A stretch of 63,460 nt of DNA, filler included, from Perkinsus chesapeaki ATCC PRA-425 (taxonomy: Eukaryota; Protista; Perkinsozoa): assembly GCA_013115145.1 (NCBI GenBank). It is 9 parts of 9 records of this genome, joined end to end, with 100 filler letters (N's around TTAATTAATTAA, not from the genome) between each part and the next. Parts side by side here need not be neighbours in the genome. Positions count along the whole stretch, not along the records: positions 56,577 to 62,210 come from JAAPAO010001137.1; positions 62,311 to 63,460 come from JAAPAO010002151.1; 7 more parts are not named here. One strand, 5' to 3'. This document shows positions 59,750 to 63,460 of the stretch, piece by piece (the stretch's first letter is position 1; every line of letters begins with the position of its first letter). Made by a program: the position numbers and the translations under genes. The notes under the pieces were generated by a model, which did no database searches, was not told the origin of the DNA, and saw only the letters and a list, made by a program, of their open reading frames with translations.

Positions 59750-62210
59750 CTTGACTACACGAGTGAAGAAGACAACCTACCACCATGGCAAGTACTACAA
59801 CGAGAATGGACTTTTGATGAGAATACTCCTCTCGGTAGAGCTATCGTGCATGCGCCATGGAAGGACTCAACTAGGCCACCTATGAATTACCGCCAGGCTG
59901 CGGCGCGAGGTGCTCGCTGTACTACTCGGTTGTCTTCTACTCAACTAGATGCGTTTCATCAAGCACTAGACAGCTATATCAATAAGAAGTTCTGTACTAC
60001 GGTTCAACAGAACAATATTGACAACTACGAGAAGGGACCGTCCTTCAAGGACTGTCAAGATGCTTGGGACAAACTAACTAAAGGCACTAGTTATGAAGGT
60101 ACCACGGTCATAATGCCTAAGCACTACACTGCAGCACATTTGGTGTACCGTAACGATCACCCTACTACTCCCTGCCGTGTAGTTCTCGACTACAGAACTC
60201 TAAACCAGTACCTGCTACGCGGTGGTCGTACACAACACGATCTACAAGGCACACTACTACAACTAAGGGCATTTGTCCACTTTGTGGGTTCCGACATAAG
60301 CAAAGCCTTTTGTCAGATGAAGACTGCTTTATCTGACTTACCCTACGTCAACTACACATGTATAGGCAACTATACTGTGTTATGGAGTAGTGTCTCATTT
60401 GGTACTACTAGTGCACCAAATTATCTGGAATGTTGTATGCATGACATTTCCGGAGAAGCGGAAGCACTATGCCAAGTTGCATCTACTACAACTTCTAATG
60501 GAGTTTCTATGAACGCCGACCAGCTCAGTAACGACATACTACTAGAGGCTCTGTTAAGACCCTCTCAAGAAGCCTTTGACTACATTCGTTCTGGACCAGA
60601 AGTACCGGTAGAGCTGATATTACTAAAATATGTAGATGATTTATTTAATGGTGGCGATACCCCAGAAGCAGCTATGCGTGCTAATAAGTTCTCACTACAC
60701 ATACTAGGAGGCCATGGGTTCAAGGTTGACGCACTAAAGAACATCGACTCTTGGACTAAACTCTCTGATACTGAGACTAAGAAATCCATACTAGGATACC
60801 GCTACCATGATGAAAAGCTCTACATCGTTTATTCTGGTGAACTAGTCAATGGTCCTATTACTAAGAGGCAAGCATGCTCTGCTTTGGCTTCTCTATATGA
60901 TCCACTGGGTCTCATTATTGAATGTGATCTGAAAGGCCGACTTATATGGAGAACTATTTGCGACAACTACAAACTTTGGACTGACATCGTTGATATTAAC
61001 GTGGCCAACGAGATCCGAGACTGGATTTTAGAGTGCGAGGAGACTACTAAGTTGGGTATACCAAGACATATACCACTTGCAACTCAACCACTACTGGTGT
61101 CCACCGACGCTTCCACTAACTTTTGGGGAGTTGATATCCGTTGTACTAATAACAAGGAGATATCACCACGACTACTTGCTCGAGGAGGACTATTCCCCAA
61201 GGCTCAAGAGAAGTGGACTATCCCGCGTAAGGAACTGGTAGCGTTATACAAGGGGTTACAACTATTGAAAACTATATCACCGTATCTCCCCGTACCCACC
61301 TACTACAAAGCCAACCAGTCTCCCTTAGACTCTCTCGCCCCGGTACTTCAACCACGTCAAGTCCGACTACTATGCGATAGTGAGATTACTATCTATAGAC
61401 TGAGAAAGCCCTCTAATGATAAACGGTTACCCGCTGCTGAGAGGAGAAGGCTAATAGAAGTTCGTAAGCTCTGTAAAGAGCTAGATGTCATCATCCTGCA
61501 CATCCGGTCTGAACTAAACTATGTGGATACTGTCTCTCGGGCTAAACTACAACAGGACCACATAGATCCCTCAGAAGTACTCCGAGCAACTACGGTAGCC
61601 AAGGTTATTTATGACTATCGTGACACACCTGACAAGGACGAAGATGACGTTCCGATGATTGATACTAGTGCTACTACCACTGGTATTATGGCTATTAATG
61701 AGGATGGTATAGATCTACCTGATGTTGATCCACTACCCACTGAACAGCGACTAGAGTTGGAAGCTTTAATGGCCTATGCTAAACCTACTGATCGTATTCA
61801 TGAAGGACTACTAGAAGACACTCAGTATAATGATTCTCTGAGGAATTGTATATTGAGAGCCCAAGAAGAAGATGAGGATATTCAGCGGTTGAAAGCTATA
61901 CTACAAGGAAGCACGATCCCTACTTATGATGTTGGAGCTACTAGACTTCAACGTCTATCTAAGATTTGTTTTCTTGGCGACGATGGTCTACTACGCCGTT
62001 ACCCTGAACCTCATCGACTAACTCAACCCCAGAATGAAGATGGTCTTTTACATCTAGGTCGTAGCTTCTACTCTGCATTATTAGTGAGGATATTGTCGGT
62101 TATATTCCACTACTTGTATGGTCATCTTGGTACTAAGAGAGTCTTTATCCTACTGAGGAAAGACTATTGGCGAGATGGCATGTACAAGTTGGTTCGATTG
62201 ACATTATCCT

Positions 62211-62310
62211 NNNNNNNNNNNNNNNNNNNNNNNNNNNNNNNNNNNNNNNNNNNNTTAATTAATTAANNNNNNNNNNNNNNNNNNNNNNNNNNNNNNNNNN
62301 NNNNNNNNNN
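62211..62310. other. Artificial scaffold linker
   Basis: 44 N + TTAATTAATTAA + 44 N. Confidence 0.98.
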
Positions 62311-63460
62311 GATATCAATAAAGGAATAATATACAATATACTGATAATGATATAATATTATAGGTTATAATCTAATGTTAATAATACCTAATATTAATAG
62401 AATAAATACCAATAATATATTAAATACATTAATAATAATAATCTTATATCTATATTTATATATTATGTATAATTATTATATAGCCCTCTATACCATAAAT
62501 ATATATTATAATAATTAGTATATAATGAGGGCTATGATTTATATATTATAGACTATAGAATATGATAGATATTATATTAATATAAATAAACAGATATCAC
62601 TAATAAATATATATTGAATTCTAATATAAATAATATATACATCTAGATATATAATAGTAATAATTATTAGTTAATTATATATATAAATAATCTATAAATA
62701 ATAGTATAAATATATTAATATATAATGAGGTATAAATATAACTTATAATATTACAATACAATATGAATAATATAGATATACATATATAATATAAAGGGCT
62801 ATACTAAATATCTATAATATAAATAATAGCACACCATAGATAATATTAATATTAAGATCTTAATATATATAATAAGAATATAGTAACCTACCAAACTAAT
62901 AATTATATTATAATAATCTCTATGCACTATTTATAGTATTTATTAATTATTATATTATATAGGGAATTATATCATTAATATAGATCTATCTCTAATTATA
63001 AATATGGTAATCTATAATATCTAGATATATAAATAAGATAACTAGTGATATTTATATTAATATCCATAGTATAATTTATATATATTAACACTGGTAATAA
63101 ATAACTAATAATAAATTATATTATATATTTAAGCAGGTCTTTGCAGTGCCAATAGTATATATTATTTTATATTATTAATTTAAAGGCACTGCATTATATA
63201 TATATTGTAGGTAATAGCCCTTTATAAATATAATATTAGTTAACTATATATCTATTAATAATATGGTATAATATAATATTAATATAGCCAATCACACATA
63301 ATATAATAGATAAACTAGTGGTATTAGTTATATTATTCTATGATATATTATATATTAAATTTATATTATCTATTATATATACCACTAGTTAATTAATAAT
63401 ATACGATATAATGATATAATATCTATTCTATACTATAATAAATATATAAATCACCCCATA
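62311..63460. other. Extremely AT-rich non-coding fragment with short inverted repeats, probably mitochondrial DNA
   Basis: Far more AT-rich than any other scaffold here, with no ORF of 60 aa or more in the track. The few GC-containing words occur as inverted pairs. Confidence 0.6.

Larger units (their letters stand above)
56741..62210 (+). mobile_element. Bel/Pao-type LTR retrotransposon, uninterrupted Gag-PR-RT-RNaseH polyprotein truncated at the start of integrase
   Basis: CFRCDAEGHSAKNC, CRVCGNPEHTTDSC, CHRCNLPGHLAYVC; AIYDTGAD; PCRVVLDY; SDISKAF; YVDDL; ITKRQACSALASLYDPLG; STDAS; WTIPRKELVAL; HIRSELNYVDTVSR; HYLYGHLGT. Confidence 0.93.

Noticed and set aside
22590-62310. Eight recurrences of TTAATTAATTAA inside N runs, and any apparent gene neighbourhood across them
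   Set aside because: Identical 44N+12+44N six-frame-stop linkers added during concatenation. Adjacency across them, such as Helitron next to host genes or the two Bel/Pao elements near each other, has no biological meaning.

Overview
This window is not continuous DNA. It is nine unrelated scaffolds joined by eight identical artificial linkers (44 N + TTAATTAATTAA + 44 N). The host is a eukaryote with very short (~40-55 nt) GT-AG introns; intron style and gene repertoire suggest a perkinsid alveolate such as Perkinsus, which is an inference. Scaffold 1 (1-22589) is gene-dense: tRNA-Arg plus a decayed copy, a single-domain voltage-gated channel with EF-hands, a TPR gene, two tRNA-Ala genes interleaved with a questin-oxidase-like gene and its truncated duplicate, an anoctamin, ZZ and RING-H2 zinc-finger genes, and several secreted or membrane hypotheticals. 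Scaffold 2 (22690-36743) holds the most notable feature, a giant Helitron-like element. Its Rep(HUH)-PIF1 helicase gene is split in the ORF track only by an assembly artefact (a 75-bp overlap duplicated across an N-gap). It has five phase-0 introns at its 5' end and ends in an SLX1-like GIY-YIG nuclease domain. A second spliced, co-oriented Cys-cluster gene follows and may be an ssDNA-binding accessory. The other scaffolds carry two divergent Bel/Pao-type LTR retrotransposon polyproteins, a possible DIRS/Ngaro gag, a decayed MULE/SWIM transposase, the 3' end of pyruvate kinase, an ER FKBP, a 45-bp palindromic minisatellite, and a very AT-rich fragment with short inverted repeats that is probably mitochondrial. 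No database searches were run; family calls come from motif recognition by eye.
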